Under the pieces are notes generated by a model that saw nothing but the letters and a program-made list of their open reading frames with translations, was not told the DNA's origin and did no database searches. Positions 11,548-23,031 of a DNA stretch of 64,000 nucleotides are shown here, one piece after another (position 1 is the first letter of the stretch; the number at the start of each line of letters is the position of its first letter). The stretch spans positions 14,136,001 to 14,200,000 of the forward strand of contig OX442314.1 in assembly GCA_949358305.1 (NCBI GenBank). The letters are read 5' to 3'. This stretch comes from Strigamia acuminata (Eukaryota). Both the position numbers and the translations under genes were made by a program.

Positions 11548-11878
11548 TAGAGTTGCACCGAATACCAATAAAGCCGAATACCGAATATTAAAAAAAGAGC
11601 AATTTTTCGGGTTGAAAAAGCAATTTTCGTACAAAGAATGTAGTCTCCATGCCAAAATGCAATTTTTACCTAAAATATTCAATTCTCACTTAAAATCCAA
11701 AGTTATCTGATAAAATTCATTTTATAATGTGTAAATTATCCGCATCCTAAAGATGTGAAACTTAAATTAAAAATTTTTATTATTATTATACAAGTATATT
11801 CAGCCGAATATCAGGTTGATATTCAGATTGGTATTCGGTGTTTAGCCGAAAACAAATCGAATATTTGGTGCAACCCTA
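11548..11878. mobile_element. hAT-type MITE
   Basis: TIR TAG(A/G)GTTGCACC with subterminal CCGAATA repeats. 8-bp TSD GATTTAAT/GATTTTAT (1 mismatch). Confidence 0.8.
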
Positions 11879-13407
11879 GATTTTATTCACAAAAATCCTC
11901 CAAACAGATTTAGTCTCGAATAGTTGCCTCTCTCTAATAACCGCATAATTGAACGAGTAGTTTATTTGAGTCAAAACTTGAAACTACAGCTGCAAAAACA
12001 AGTTTAAGCGTATGTTTTCTTTTGGTGACTAACGCGACTTTGAATAATACTGTCGTTTGTAGTTGAATGTTATTTCATCTGGTTTGGTCACGACCTTATA
12101 TGGAAAGATAATGATTAGAACCGCCCATTTCCATTTGCCGATGAATCTATTTCGGTGCAGGTCGTGATACTGGGAGGGGGTGGTATCGGTCCAAATAAAA
12201 CGTGTTGTAGGAGTACCTCAATAACCCTCGGGCTTAAAAAGTTGATGGAGCTACATCGCGATTTGTAATGATATTGTATGGCAATGTCTTTCTGCAACCT
12301 GCTGTTATAAAATAGTATTTTCACTGGAGGTTTTTGCACTATCCAGTCGTGATTGAACGAGTCATTACGGACATTTAATGGCGAAAAAAAACAACTTTTC
12401 CTGTCCGGCAAATTGCAAAACAGCTTAATCTAGGCCCATGACCTTATGGGGGTGTTAATTCTAATTTATTACGTCACAAGCACGGACGGCCGGGGGAAAT
12501 ATGCGTTATAACCCCATAATCTGCGGAACGAAAGTGTGGGACTGAGCTAAAAAGGAAGTGCTGGATGTGAGAAGAGTTAAAGAGTTGGAGTAAATAAGCA
12601 AGGATCGCATCACGTAAGTCGGGTAGAGTTGGTTCTGGATTGTAATTTGTTTGTTTTTGCTGAATTAAGAGTTATTCCACGAGTTAGAATATTTTTTTTT
12701 TACGTTTGAGTGCCAATTTGGACGTGGTTGGCGCCAATCGGACGTGAAATGTGATTTAACTACCGTAATAGTGGTGGTTTATCGTATTGATCTAAATGCT
12801 AGCGCCGGTATACTAAACGAGACCAATGACTTGCAGGTCGGCCGTTCAGGTTTCGCTATTCATTTGTGCGGAAAGTTTTCCTTTTCTGACAATATTGGAG
12901 GTCGGAGATCAATGGCCTTGAAGCATAGTGGGCGGATTTGAGAGTTAAATTATGGGTGACTAGGGTTACATCAATTCAAATAACGTTTGGGAATTGGTAA
13001 GTCATCCAAAATGGGAAAAGCTGAAGAAAGAAAGAAAGAAAAGAAGTTTTTTTTTTCTTCTTTGCTTTAATCGAGCGATTCGCATAGCGAACTGTAAGTG
13101 CGTGACTTTCTCTTTCTTCCTCTCTGTCTCTCTATTTTTCTTCTCGTTGTACTTCTCATGACAGTCGAAGTGGGATTTACGTGAAGCAAAAAAGGTTGGA
13201 GAGTTTGGACAAAAAAACAAATCGTTTTTCATTCTCTGACAGAATCGACAGTTGTGCTCGAGTGAGGTCTGAACACGGAGGTAATGAAGTGATCCTTTAC
13301 TTGGCCTTAAGGTAAGGTGACGCTTGCACTTCTAGACGTTGGTGGTGGTGGTCTCGCAATTTATTTTTAATTTGTTGTTTGCAGTTTGCACGTTTCGCAA
13401 TGCCAAA

Positions 13408-14427
13408 ATGCAATTATTATGCAAATGGAGACGTGGACTGAATGGAGCAATATTTTTCCTAGTGTTATTCGCTTTCCTAACGGGTACATTGTACGTTTGG
13501 AAGCGCCTACCCCAACGAAGCAATTCACACTTTCGACTCATTAATCATCTCCAACCCGACCATTTACCCGTGCCGCCTTCTTCGCATCTCGTTGATCTGC
13601 GCAACTTCACATTCGCTTTGCTCAGTGACATATGCGATTACCAAGACGTTTATCTTCTCACACTCGTCCATTCCACACCCACGCACGTCAAGGAACGCAA
13701 GGCCATCCGGTCAACGTGGGGCGCAGTAAATCAAGTTTCAGGGCGCTCTATCCGAACGGTTTTTTTAGCCGGCAAAAGCACGTCGGAACAAATACAGCAC
13801 CAACTGCAAATCGAAAGTTCCATTTATAAAGACATTGTGCAAGGAAATTTCATCGACAGTTATGCTAATCTTACGTATAAAAATGTTATGGGATTAAAGT
13901 GGGCCCGAACGTATTGCAATTCTTCGCGTTTTATACTCAAAGTGGACGAAGATGCCTATGTGGACATTGTGCAGTTCGTTAGGTTTATGTTGACTGTGTA
14001 CGGAGATAATGCGATGAGAGTTCTTATGTGCCATGTGTTTCCCGAAGGTACGCCTGCGCTCCGCCAGGGCAAGTGGACTGTTCCGGTGGTCGAATATCCG
14101 TATTCGAGATACCCGAGGTATTGCGCGGGTCTGGCGTATGTGCTCAGCTTCGATGTGGTTACGGATTTAGTGATTGCGTCTGAACGGGTCCCGTTTTTCT
14201 GGATTGATGATGTTTATGTTACGGGTTTGTTGGCTGAAGCTGTGAGTTTGAGACATCTGTCTATGAATTTTCGAATCACGCTTGATGCGACGCCATTAAA
14301 GAGGTGGCTGAGGGAGGAAACGTTACACCAATGTCGGTTTTTTATTGGGAATTTAGGAGATGTAATAGACTGGCCTAAAATGTTGAGGAATTTGTGGTTC
14401 AAGACAGTTGTTGTTCATCAGAAATAA
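13408..14427 (+). CDS. Beta-1,3-galactosyltransferase family protein (GT31, B3GALT5-like), type II membrane protein, single coding exon
   Basis: N-terminal TM segment; motifs RKAIRSTWG, DIVQGNFIDSYANLTYK, KVDED, YPRYCAGLAYV, IDDVYVTG. ATG at 13408 follows an acceptor at ~13384. Confidence 0.92.
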   Translation: MQLLCKWRRGLNGAIFFLVLFAFLTGTLYVWKRLPQRSNSHFRLINHLQPDHLPVPPSSHLVDLRNFTFALLSDICDYQDVYLLTLVHSTPTHVKERKAIRSTWGAVNQVSGRSIRTVFLAGKSTSEQIQHQLQIESSIYKDIVQGNFIDSYANLTYKNVMGLKWARTYCNSSRFILKVDEDAYVDIVQFVRFMLTVYGDNAMRVLMCHVFPEGTPALRQGKWTVPVVEYPYSRYPRYCAGLAYVLSFDVVTDLVIASERVPFFWIDDVYVTGLLAEAVSLRHLSMNFRITLDATPLKRWLREETLHQCRFFIGNLGDVIDWPKMLRNLWFKTVVVHQK

Positions 14428-14789
14428 AAGAGAAAATGTTTGTAAATGCGTTTTGTGGTTAGTTATTTTCTACACAATGTACTCGGTGATTGGTTTCAAC
14501 TGTGCAGAACGACTAATTGCTTCGTTTAAAAAAGTTAATTAGTATTCAGGTGTGAGGTCATCAAAGGTCGTTTTTCGTTGTCTGTAGTTCAATACGACAG
14601 GAAACATGGTGGTTAATTAACTTTTTTAGATAATGCAATTAGTTGTTAATTCTGTGGTGTTCGTTTCTTTGAACTCAATAGGTCAAAAGGAATTTTCATG
14701 CAAACATTAACAAGTGAAGTAACACCGGACACACGAAGTGCCAAAGATAAAATCAAATGTCGAGTAAAAGAGGGCCCTTAGAAAAAAAA

Positions 14790-15110
14790 ATTTATAAATA
14801 ATTTTACAAAATTTGAGAAATTTTACCGAATTTACAATTTTTTTTAGAAATTTTACCGAATTTTCAAATTTTTTAGAAATCTTACAGAATGTGCAAATTT
14901 TTTAGAAGTTTTACGGATTTTTGCAAAAATTTTAGTAATTTTATGGATTTTTGCAAAAATTTTAGAAATTTTACGGAATTTTGCAAAAATTTTAGAAATT
15001 TTTGCGAATTTTACAAAATTCTTAGAAGTTTTACCGAATTTTATAAGTGAGAAATTTTACCGAATTTTATGAGTGAGAAATTTTTAAGAATTTTCCAAAA
15101 CTTTAAAATT
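14790..15110 (+). repeat. AT-rich minisatellite, ~30-31 bp unit (AGAAATTTTACCGAATTTT..)
   Basis: About 10 degenerate tandem copies. Confidence 0.8.
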
Positions 15111-15160
15111 ATTTAACATCGCAAAAAAATAAAAAATTGAAATTGTTTAACTATTACCAA

Positions 15161-15400
15161 GGGGCCGTCCATAAATTACGTAACGCAAATTTTGGCCATT
15201 TTAGACCCCCTGGCCGTAACAAATTCCCAAACCTCTACCCCCCTAATTACGTAATAAAACTGAATTTACCCCCCCAAAATTTTCAAAAGTCAATCTCAAA
15301 AACCCTTATATTTTCAATTTTTAAACAATTTTTTTCATGGACCGTACTAATGATCCGTAACAAAATTTGAAACCCCCCCTCCCCCCCTTGGAGCGTTATA
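15161..15400. mobile_element. Probable truncated PIF/Harbinger-type MITE
   Basis: Starts GGGGCCGTCCATAAATTACGTAACG with C-runs, resembling ends of common Harbinger MITEs. The matching end is not found. Confidence 0.45.
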
Positions 15401-15862
15401 GGTAGAGACCGGATAAATGCATACAAATAATTTTTTCCTCATCGCACATTTGACACCTATAACTTACAGGTGTCAAATGTGCGATGAGGAAATTTTAGAT
15501 GAAATTTATTAAAATGTGTCTCACTCGATAAGCTTTGACATTGGGGGCCCAGTTCATGTGCCCCCAACGCTCCAAAACAGCTTTTGATGAGTAATACTGC
15601 AAACACCATCTGGCAATTATAACATGGGCTAAAAATAATTGTCATAGCTAATATCATAAAAAATAAAAATTAATTAATTAATTATTTATTTTTTTATTTA
15701 TTTTTCAATAAGAAGCTCAACCCATTTTCCAATGTGTCAACTTTTGATTGGTGATCAGGTTGAATGAGAAAAAAGATATATATACACCGTATGCATTTAT
15801 ACATTGCAGTCATCCTAAACTTGAAATTACAAAATAACTATATTCATTTTCAGTTTTCTGAC

Positions 15863-17848
15863 ATGTTGCTGAGTATTTTCGTAGGTATTGCTGTTTTGTC
15901 CTCATTTATTACGGCAGAGGTAAACTGAACGTGGTTTAAACTTTTAAACTGTAAAACTCAAACGAATAATACAATCAATATATAATTTCCTTTCAGGATT
16001 GCTTCGATGCAGACAAGTTAAATGAAAAGGTTGTATTTTTTTACTTGCACTTCAACATGATCAATTAAATTATCGTTAAAAAATATTTCAGGATTATTCA
16101 GTCTACAAGCGATGCTTTGACATTTACAGACATTTCTTTCGAACGCACGTATTTTTCAAAGCTTCCTCAAAGGATGGAAAAGTACATAGAATTTTACTTT
16201 TTACGAGAAGGTTCCGGTGCAATCTGCACAGAATCTAAATCTACTATAGATGGTGCACCTGCCTAGGTCACATCAGTTTCGGTTTATTGTATGGGTATTG
16301 CGAACTCCAACCACCGCGGTTGTTAACACAACTGCCCGCTTCCTGTTTTTCCGATTTTTCTACTTTTTTCAGATAAGTTATACAGTATTCCCTTAAAACT
16401 GTCGTGACTCAGACAGGTGAGTAATCTACTGCGGTGACTCAGGGCCGGCTCAAGATTGGATCGAGCGGGGCGCACCGGGCGCATTAATTTGCCCAAAATC
16501 GATTTGTAACTGGTGCTGTAGTGGTGTGAGTGGCGGTCGGTCGCCTAATGGTCAGGGGAGGACCATGGGCATTTGGACACCATTCACGATTATACAAAAC
16601 ACAGAGACACACAGTTTAGGATTGATATTCTTTATTGCCATGGTTGTCTAGGGGTTAGTGTGTCGTCATGTTATCGCCTTGGATGTTGAGTTGCCTTTCA
16701 GCAACCCAACCCAGACCAACCGCTGACCACGTGGCCGAAGGCCACATGGGCAGCGTGGTCGGTTAATCAAATACCACGCCGTGCCTCGCAGCACGGCCCA
16801 ACGGGTCGGCTCAAGTCCCTTCAGACTTGAGGGCGACCTCGCCAGTTATTGGTATTGCCATCGCGATCGTAATCGCCATCGTCACCTACAAATAGCAACG
16901 CAACCAGTCACTCTCGTGGCTGGTGTTGTTCTGTCCCTCGTGGTCAGTCCGGACCTCGTAGGGACCTTGCAGAATCCTCTGTCCTGATTGGCTACAACGA
17001 TTGGCTCCGACGGGAGCTGCTGAGGATCCTCTCGTTACTGTTGCCAGTGCCGACTGGCGGTGGCCAGTTGGTCACAGTGGGTGGAAGGTATAAGCGGGTG
17101 TATGCCGTACACTTCAGCTTCATGCCAGTATACGCTGTTAACTTTCGATTTTTATCAGTTTTAAATTTTAAAAAAAAATCAAATTTGATTTAATTTTAAG
17201 AATTTTATCATTTTCTAAAATTTTATTAGATTTGAACTAAATTCTCTAAAATTTTATCAGATTTGTACAAGCGTTTAATTATACATATGTAATTGTTTCA
17301 GGAATGTGACTACAACCAATCGATGTTTTTTCTTTGTTTTTATAGCCAATTGCACATAAACGTATGACATGGCCAAGGTTTCAATAATTTATGTTTGTCT
17401 CAAGCTTTCTTTCATTTTTATGTGCAGATTGGAAAGACTATTAAACACAAAAGCTTCGTAAGCCATTTGCAAAGCTTTTCAACCCTAACTGTGAGTATTA
17501 GATTTTATGTATGTTTTACAATTGCTGATAGATAACTTATTCACACCAGCGGAAGGAACTTGACATGAAATTGTCCAACTGTAAAGGAGTTCTTCCTCGC
17601 GAAGAAAAAGCAGATGTAACTTAATTTATAAAATAACTTTTGAAACTTTTAAAAACTTCTAAACTTTTTAAAACTTTTTTAAAACTTTTTTTAAACTTTT
17701 TTTTTAAACTTTTAAAATCTAGCTTACCGCTTACTTCAATTGCCTTCAAGAGCAGTGTCCAGAGATAGCACAAATTACGTATTACTTTGTAAATTCAGCA
17801 GAGGGAATTTGCAGCAGTAGTAAATTGGCGACTGATCCTGATGAGTGA
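15863..17848 (+). CDS. 153-aa secreted cysteine-rich protein, odorant-binding-protein-like; 7 exons
   Basis: Exons 15863-15919, 15997-16029, 16092-16148, 17302-17361, 17428-17490, 17550-17615 and 17723-17848 are all GT-AG and all phase 0, and join into one open frame. Exon 1 is a signal peptide (MLLSIFVGIAVLSSFITAE). There are 8 Cys, and AATAAA lies at ~17909. Confidence 0.75.
16400..17130. mobile_element. GC-rich LTR-like remnant within intron 3 of the secreted-protein gene
   Basis: GC-rich island in an AT-rich intron, with a minus-strand AATAAA near 16631 and a PBS-like TGGTGCTG at ~16511. No coding homology recognised. Confidence 0.3.
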
Positions 17849-19743
17849 TGATGCATGTATTAAGTCATAAGTTGTGATGGTCAGTGGTCACTAAAATATC
17901 CCCTGTGAAAATAAATGTTGTAAAATGAAAAAATAAAACTATAAATAATTATGAGTAAATATTTGTGTTTTCCTAAGAATATAATTTATTAGTTAGAATG
18001 CAAATAACTGATTAGTTTGTGGAAATAAAATAGATTACATCAGATTTGGATGCTAAATGCTCAAATAATACATTAAAAATATACAATTTGTCTGTTTGGA
18101 ATGTAATAAGTGTTGTGACGTGAATAATTAATGAGGGGTAATAATATTAATATTAACACACATTAAGGGGTAGTTGGGAGGCTGCGCTGCAAGGCTTCTT
18201 GCAAATCAAGTCTCTGAAATGGGGGTTTTGGAGTGGTCACTCCTACTTCTGGAATGTGTGACAAGTAGCTTTAGGCCTAAAAGGAGGGTGAAGCAGCATT
18301 CTCTCAACAGTCTTTCTATCTCCAAGCATTCACCCCCATTGCCATCTCTTGCCATGCATTCCAGTTACCTTGATGCATTCTATCCCCACTCAATCTCTCG
18401 CCCTACTGCAGACACTCATTATCTCGCTAATGGCTTCGTGCGTACCCCTTTCGCCGAATTTTGTTTTTCATTTTCTGAAAAATGGGAATTCCCGTTTCGC
18501 CGAAAATGAAAAGAGAGAGTAATCGATCGATTATAAAAAAAAGTTCCATTTTTTCAAAGTTTCGGTTTTTTTCTAACCAATTTCCACACATTGTCACCAT
18601 TTGTACACAAATTTACCGGTAATGGAATTTAAAAAAAGCTGCGCAGTGAAGTTATAGAAGTTTAATTTGAAAAAGAAATTATAACCACCACATTTTTTAA
18701 TCTTTCCTGCCCATCTATTTTTATTGTGGTCTCTCGATCCAAACAATTGGAAAAGATGCTAATGGAATATTCTTAAAAAAATTATAGGTTTTTATTCATC
18801 GATTTCATTTGATTTAATTTGACTATTTTTAAGTATCTCGTTGAATTTTACTAGACATACAAAACTATGGCCGCAGTGAAACAAGCGTCTGAAATGTTTC
18901 TCAATCATAATAATATCATAAAAAATATAAATTAATTAATTATTATTATTATTATTATTATTATTTTTTATTACGAAATACGTATTGTAATGGTAATTAT
19001 ATATGTTCTAAATATCATCAAGATATATTCGTGATATCATTTTGCTGTTTTTGTTTCTTAAAGTTTAAATTTAAGTATAGGCAGGCAAATATTCAGAGAC
19101 GAAAACCCGACTTACTTATGGAACAAGAAAAACGTTTGGGACGGGGAAGGGGATTGAAATAAAGTTGATGTTTGATGAAAGTCTTGTTTTTGTTTCTCGA
19201 GATTGTGGATTCCTCTATTTTTTTTGCATTTTATCAAAAAATTCAACTAATACCCTGCCGGGGTGTTTGGTAAACATAATTGTAATTTACTTCTAAGGCT
19301 TGTCCGGCTTTAACAAATTAATAGATTACTTTATGCTTGTGAAAATTGATTTTTATTGTGTTATACACTTTAGAATGGATTTATTGATATTTTTTAATGT
19401 TTTTTTATTACTATTTTATAATATTTTACTCCGTAAATTTTAATTTGCTTCTGAGCATGCGCAGTCTATTTGTTTTTACCTTGGACGAACACAAATGGAC
19501 TGGCAACTCCATTCTCTCTCAGTAATCTTCGGCTTAACAGGAGATGGCGCTACTAGTCGGGTTACGTCACTTCCGGTTCTACTAACGGGTTGCGCGGTCA
19601 GGTTCGAATGCTCTGCAAGAAAAAATTTGTTAATTTTATCGTTTTTATCCCCTTTTCCAAGGATTGTTTTTATTCGAACCACTTTATAACATTTTATCTT
19701 TTTTGTAGTTATAAAGTTGTGCATGTATTCACATTTTAAAGTC

Positions 19744-22700
19744 ATGAATTACCCAACTATCAATGATACTGAAGAAGACCACGCGGAAGGCCAGTCGGGC
19801 CTAACGGACCAGACGGACCACACGGTCGTAGTGACCGAGAAATCACCGCCACCTTCACCAGGAAGGATGAATAAACGAATAGATGTGCTGACCAACAGCA
19901 TAGCGGATTTGCATACCTTGATACGTTCCTTGGTCCCTGCCCAAACCGCCCAAACTGGTCAAACTGCGAGAACGGCCGTCGTTCAAACGCAAATCATCAA
20001 TACTCCCGCGGGCGGACCAGGTGTTGTACCAGTCTCGCTTACCGCTATCGGGTCGGCAACGTTGCCAAACCCTGGGACCGTTAACTCCCTTGTTAATGGA
20101 GTCGGAACAAGTGTTCCGGCCCCTGTCGGCCAACCGGTCACAGCAAATCCCACGAGTGGATTTGCCGATGTTTCCATTCTCTTGGGCGACGAAACGACGT
20201 TCGGTGAAGCTTGGCCAACGGAATTGGAGGCCCTGGTCAGTAAGTCATTGTTCCATACTACTACGGAGTATAGGGACAAACTTGTCGAGAAGTTGGTAAT
20301 TCCGGAGAATGCCAAGTATCTGGAGCCGCCGAAGATGGACGGAACTTTCTTCTCTGACCTTCAACCGTGGGTAAAGTCCAGGGATACAACCACGCTGAAA
20401 TTGCAACGTTCCATCTTGAAAACGTACATTCCCTTGGCCTCGGCCTTGAAGGACATCGTGTCCGGGAAAATGGACCCCAACACTTTGAAAGCACAAATTG
20501 CCGAAGCAATGACGCTTCTAGGGGCAATGAATACTGCGGCTACGCTACGGAGACGCACGGACTTCGCCGATTCGCTAGCCCCGAAATACAAACAATTCGC
20601 GAAAGGGAAAGTCGTTTTCCCTTTCGACCTCTTTGGCCCCGATTTACCCAAACAGCTAAAGGAGTACGACGAAATGAAAAGAATGACGAATAAAGCTACT
20701 GTTGACAAAACCGAATCCAGAAAGGACAAGGAAAGAAACTTTCGTCGGTACACGCCTTACAACCGGTACGACTCCAATAAGCGCTCGGATAATTCCAGGA
20801 ATTTTGATTTCAAAAAATCTAATTGTACGAACGCTGTGTGTTCCAAATATGTAACTCCGTTATCTAATACCGATTTCTGTTGCAGATCGGGGGAAGAGCC
20901 AGCGCGGACGGCAACAGAAGAAATAACGTTTCCTGATATTCCTGTCAATATTGTAAGAAATAAAAAATTAATTTCGGAAAAAATGCATCTATCATTTGAA
21001 CCAGGTATTTTAAAGAATTACCTGCCGGCCTGGCGTAAAATTACCAAAAATCCATTTATTTTATCTTCCCTGTCGGGAATTGAATTTGATTTGATCTGTG
21101 ATCAACCCACGCAAGCGAAAAGAACAGAATATAAAATGTCAGCCTCTGAAACCCTTGCTATTTCTCAAGCGGTTGATAAACTCTGCCATCAAGGCATAAT
21201 TAAACCAGTACAACATGTCGAGGGCGAATATTTGAGCCCCATTTTCGCTGTGCCAAAACCTGACGGGACTGTAAGAATTATTCTTAATTTAAAGAAATTT
21301 AATGAGAGCTTAGAGTATCTCCATTTTAAGATGGCCTCTCTGAAAGACGCCATTAATCTCCTAAAGCAGGGCCAATACATGTTCAAAATTGATCTCACTA
21401 ACGCGTTTTACCTTTTACCTATACGGGCCGATTACAAAAAGTTTGTTCGATTTTTATGGCAAGGCCAACTCTTCGAGTACCAGGTAATGCCAATGGGCCT
21501 GGCTAGCGCTCCTCGGACCTTTACTAAGGTCATGTGTCCGGTCTTCGCCGAACTACGGACTTGGGGTATCTGTGGGATCCCTTATCTAGATGACGGCATA
21601 TTCTTATGCGACAGTTTTAACGAGGCAGAAGTCGCTTGTAGCGACGTTATCGATTTCTTTCAGGGTTTAGGACTTTGTATAAACTGGGAAAAGTCTGAGT
21701 TTGCCCCCAAAACCAGAATGGAATTTCTGGGTTTAACCTTGGACTCTAGAAAAATGGAAGTTTCTCTTCCAGATAGGAAAATTAAAAAGATCACTAAATT
21801 AGCTTCACAGCTCCTTGCACTGGAATATTTTACTATCCAAGAATTGGCCGTTTTTATTGGAAATCTGGTCTCCGCCGAACCGGCACTTTTCCATGGCTTC
21901 TGGAATATAAAGCCATTAGAATCTTTTAAAACCGGCCAACTATTTTTACACAATCATAACTATAGCACCTTGGTGCAAAATTACCCTGATGTTACAGCCG
22001 AATTGTCTAGGTGGACTAACCCCATTTACTTTTTGCCTAAAAAATTGATCCGCAGCGACCCAGACTCCGAAGTCTTTACCGACGCTTCTAATAAAGGTTG
22101 GGGAGCTAGTTGGGGGTCCCAAGAAGCAAATGGTCAATGGACTCTTGATGAGAGCTCGCTGCATATCAATGTAAAAGAACTTTTAGCATTATGGTTTGCT
22201 TGGAAGGTTTTCGCACCTTTCAACGGTAAAAAACACATTTTATTTCACTCAGATAGCTCCACGGTCGTGAGTGTTTTTCGCAACCAAGGCAGCAAGGTCC
22301 AACTACTACACCATTATGGTCGTTTAGTTTGGGAAGATGCCCAAAGACTGGACATTGACTTCTCCGTGGTACACATTCCGGGCAAAGACAATACCGTGGC
22401 CGATTATTTGTCGCGTAATTTCATTACTACCGACGGCGAATGGAGCTTATCAATTCTTATGTTTAAATTACTTACTAATCATTTTGGCCTACCCGAAATA
22501 GACCTTTTCGCGACGAGACTAAATAACAAATTACCAAAATTTATGTCTTGGGGCCCCGACCCCTCCGCCTTCAAAATAGATGCATTTTCTCACTGTTGGA
22601 AAAAATTTTATACTTATGCTTTTCCCCCTTTCTGCCTCATCTCCAGAATTTTACAGAAAGTTCGCCGCGATCAATCGACGCTCCTGCTCATTGTTCCAAA

Positions 22701-23031
22701 ATGGACGACCCAAGCGTGGTTCGCCCCCTTGCTGGAATGCTTGATAGCCGTCCCGGTATCATTCCCAGCCAAGAACCATCTGTCGTTGGAACACCAGCCG
22801 AATGCAGAGTTCCCCTTGCAAGCCCTGCAGCTCCTTGGCTGCAAAATCTCTGGAGAGATCGCCAAACAGAAGGCTTTTCGCGAGACGCTGCCGAGTTGTT
22901 CACGGCCGGGTGGCGACCGGCCACTATCTCAACGTATTCGGCAGGAGTTAAGAGGTGGACAGAATTTTGTGGTGAAGGGACACCTCATCCCGATCCGCTC
23001 CCTCTCAACCTCGAACCGCCCCTTGGATTAG
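19744..23031 (+). CDS. DIRS Gag-Pol: Gag-like N-terminus fused in frame to reverse transcriptase, RNase H and the DIRS methyltransferase-like domain
   Basis: RT motifs SPIFAVPKPDG..RIILNLK, KIDLTNAFY, MPMGLASAP, YLDD, FLG. RNase H motifs TDASNKGWG, INVKELLA, SDS, HIPGKDNTVADYLSR. MT-like motifs DLFATRLN..DAF..YAFPPF. Confidence 0.95.
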   Translation: MNYPTINDTEEDHAEGQSGLTDQTDHTVVVTEKSPPPSPGRMNKRIDVLTNSIADLHTLIRSLVPAQTAQTGQTARTAVVQTQIINTPAGGPGVVPVSLTAIGSATLPNPGTVNSLVNGVGTSVPAPVGQPVTANPTSGFADVSILLGDETTFGEAWPTELEALVSKSLFHTTTEYRDKLVEKLVIPENAKYLEPPKMDGTFFSDLQPWVKSRDTTTLKLQRSILKTYIPLASALKDIVSGKMDPNTLKAQIAEAMTLLGAMNTAATLRRRTDFADSLAPKYKQFAKGKVVFPFDLFGPDLPKQLKEYDEMKRMTNKATVDKTESRKDKERNFRRYTPYNRYDSNKRSDNSRNFDFKKSNCTNAVCSKYVTPLSNTDFCCRSGEEPARTATEEITFPDIPVNIVRNKKLISEKMHLSFEPGILKNYLPAWRKITKNPFILSSLSGIEFDLICDQPTQAKRTEYKMSASETLAISQAVDKLCHQGIIKPVQHVEGEYLSPIFAVPKPDGTVRIILNLKKFNESLEYLHFKMASLKDAINLLKQGQYMFKIDLTNAFYLLPIRADYKKFVRFLWQGQLFEYQVMPMGLASAPRTFTKVMCPVFAELRTWGICGIPYLDDGIFLCDSFNEAEVACSDVIDFFQGLGLCINWEKSEFAPKTRMEFLGLTLDSRKMEVSLPDRKIKKITKLASQLLALEYFTIQELAVFIGNLVSAEPALFHGFWNIKPLESFKTGQLFLHNHNYSTLVQNYPDVTAELSRWTNPIYFLPKKLIRSDPDSEVFTDASNKGWGASWGSQEANGQWTLDESSLHINVKELLALWFAWKVFAPFNGKKHILFHSDSSTVVSVFRNQGSKVQLLHHYGRLVWEDAQRLDIDFSVVHIPGKDNTVADYLSRNFITTDGEWSLSILMFKLLTNHFGLPEIDLFATRLNNKLPKFMSWGPDPSAFKIDAFSHCWKKFYTYAFPPFCLISRILQKVRRDQSTLLLIVPKWTTQAWFAPLLECLIAVPVSFPAKNHLSLEHQPNAEFPLQALQLLGCKISGEIAKQKAFRETLPSCSRPGGDRPLSQRIRQELRGGQNFVVKGHLIPIRSLSTSNRPLD

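Noticed and set aside
12115..12411. 98-aa minus-strand ORF
   Set aside because: No ATG start, no recognisable motif and no splice pattern found.
14790..15110. Regular ~30-bp repeats as a possible CRISPR array (also 32060-32550)
   Set aside because: Head-to-tail degenerate units without unique spacers, no cas genes, eukaryotic context.
22480..22760. DNA adenine methyltransferase-like domain as a novel cargo
   Set aside because: An MT-like domain after RNase H is an established feature of DIRS1-like elements.
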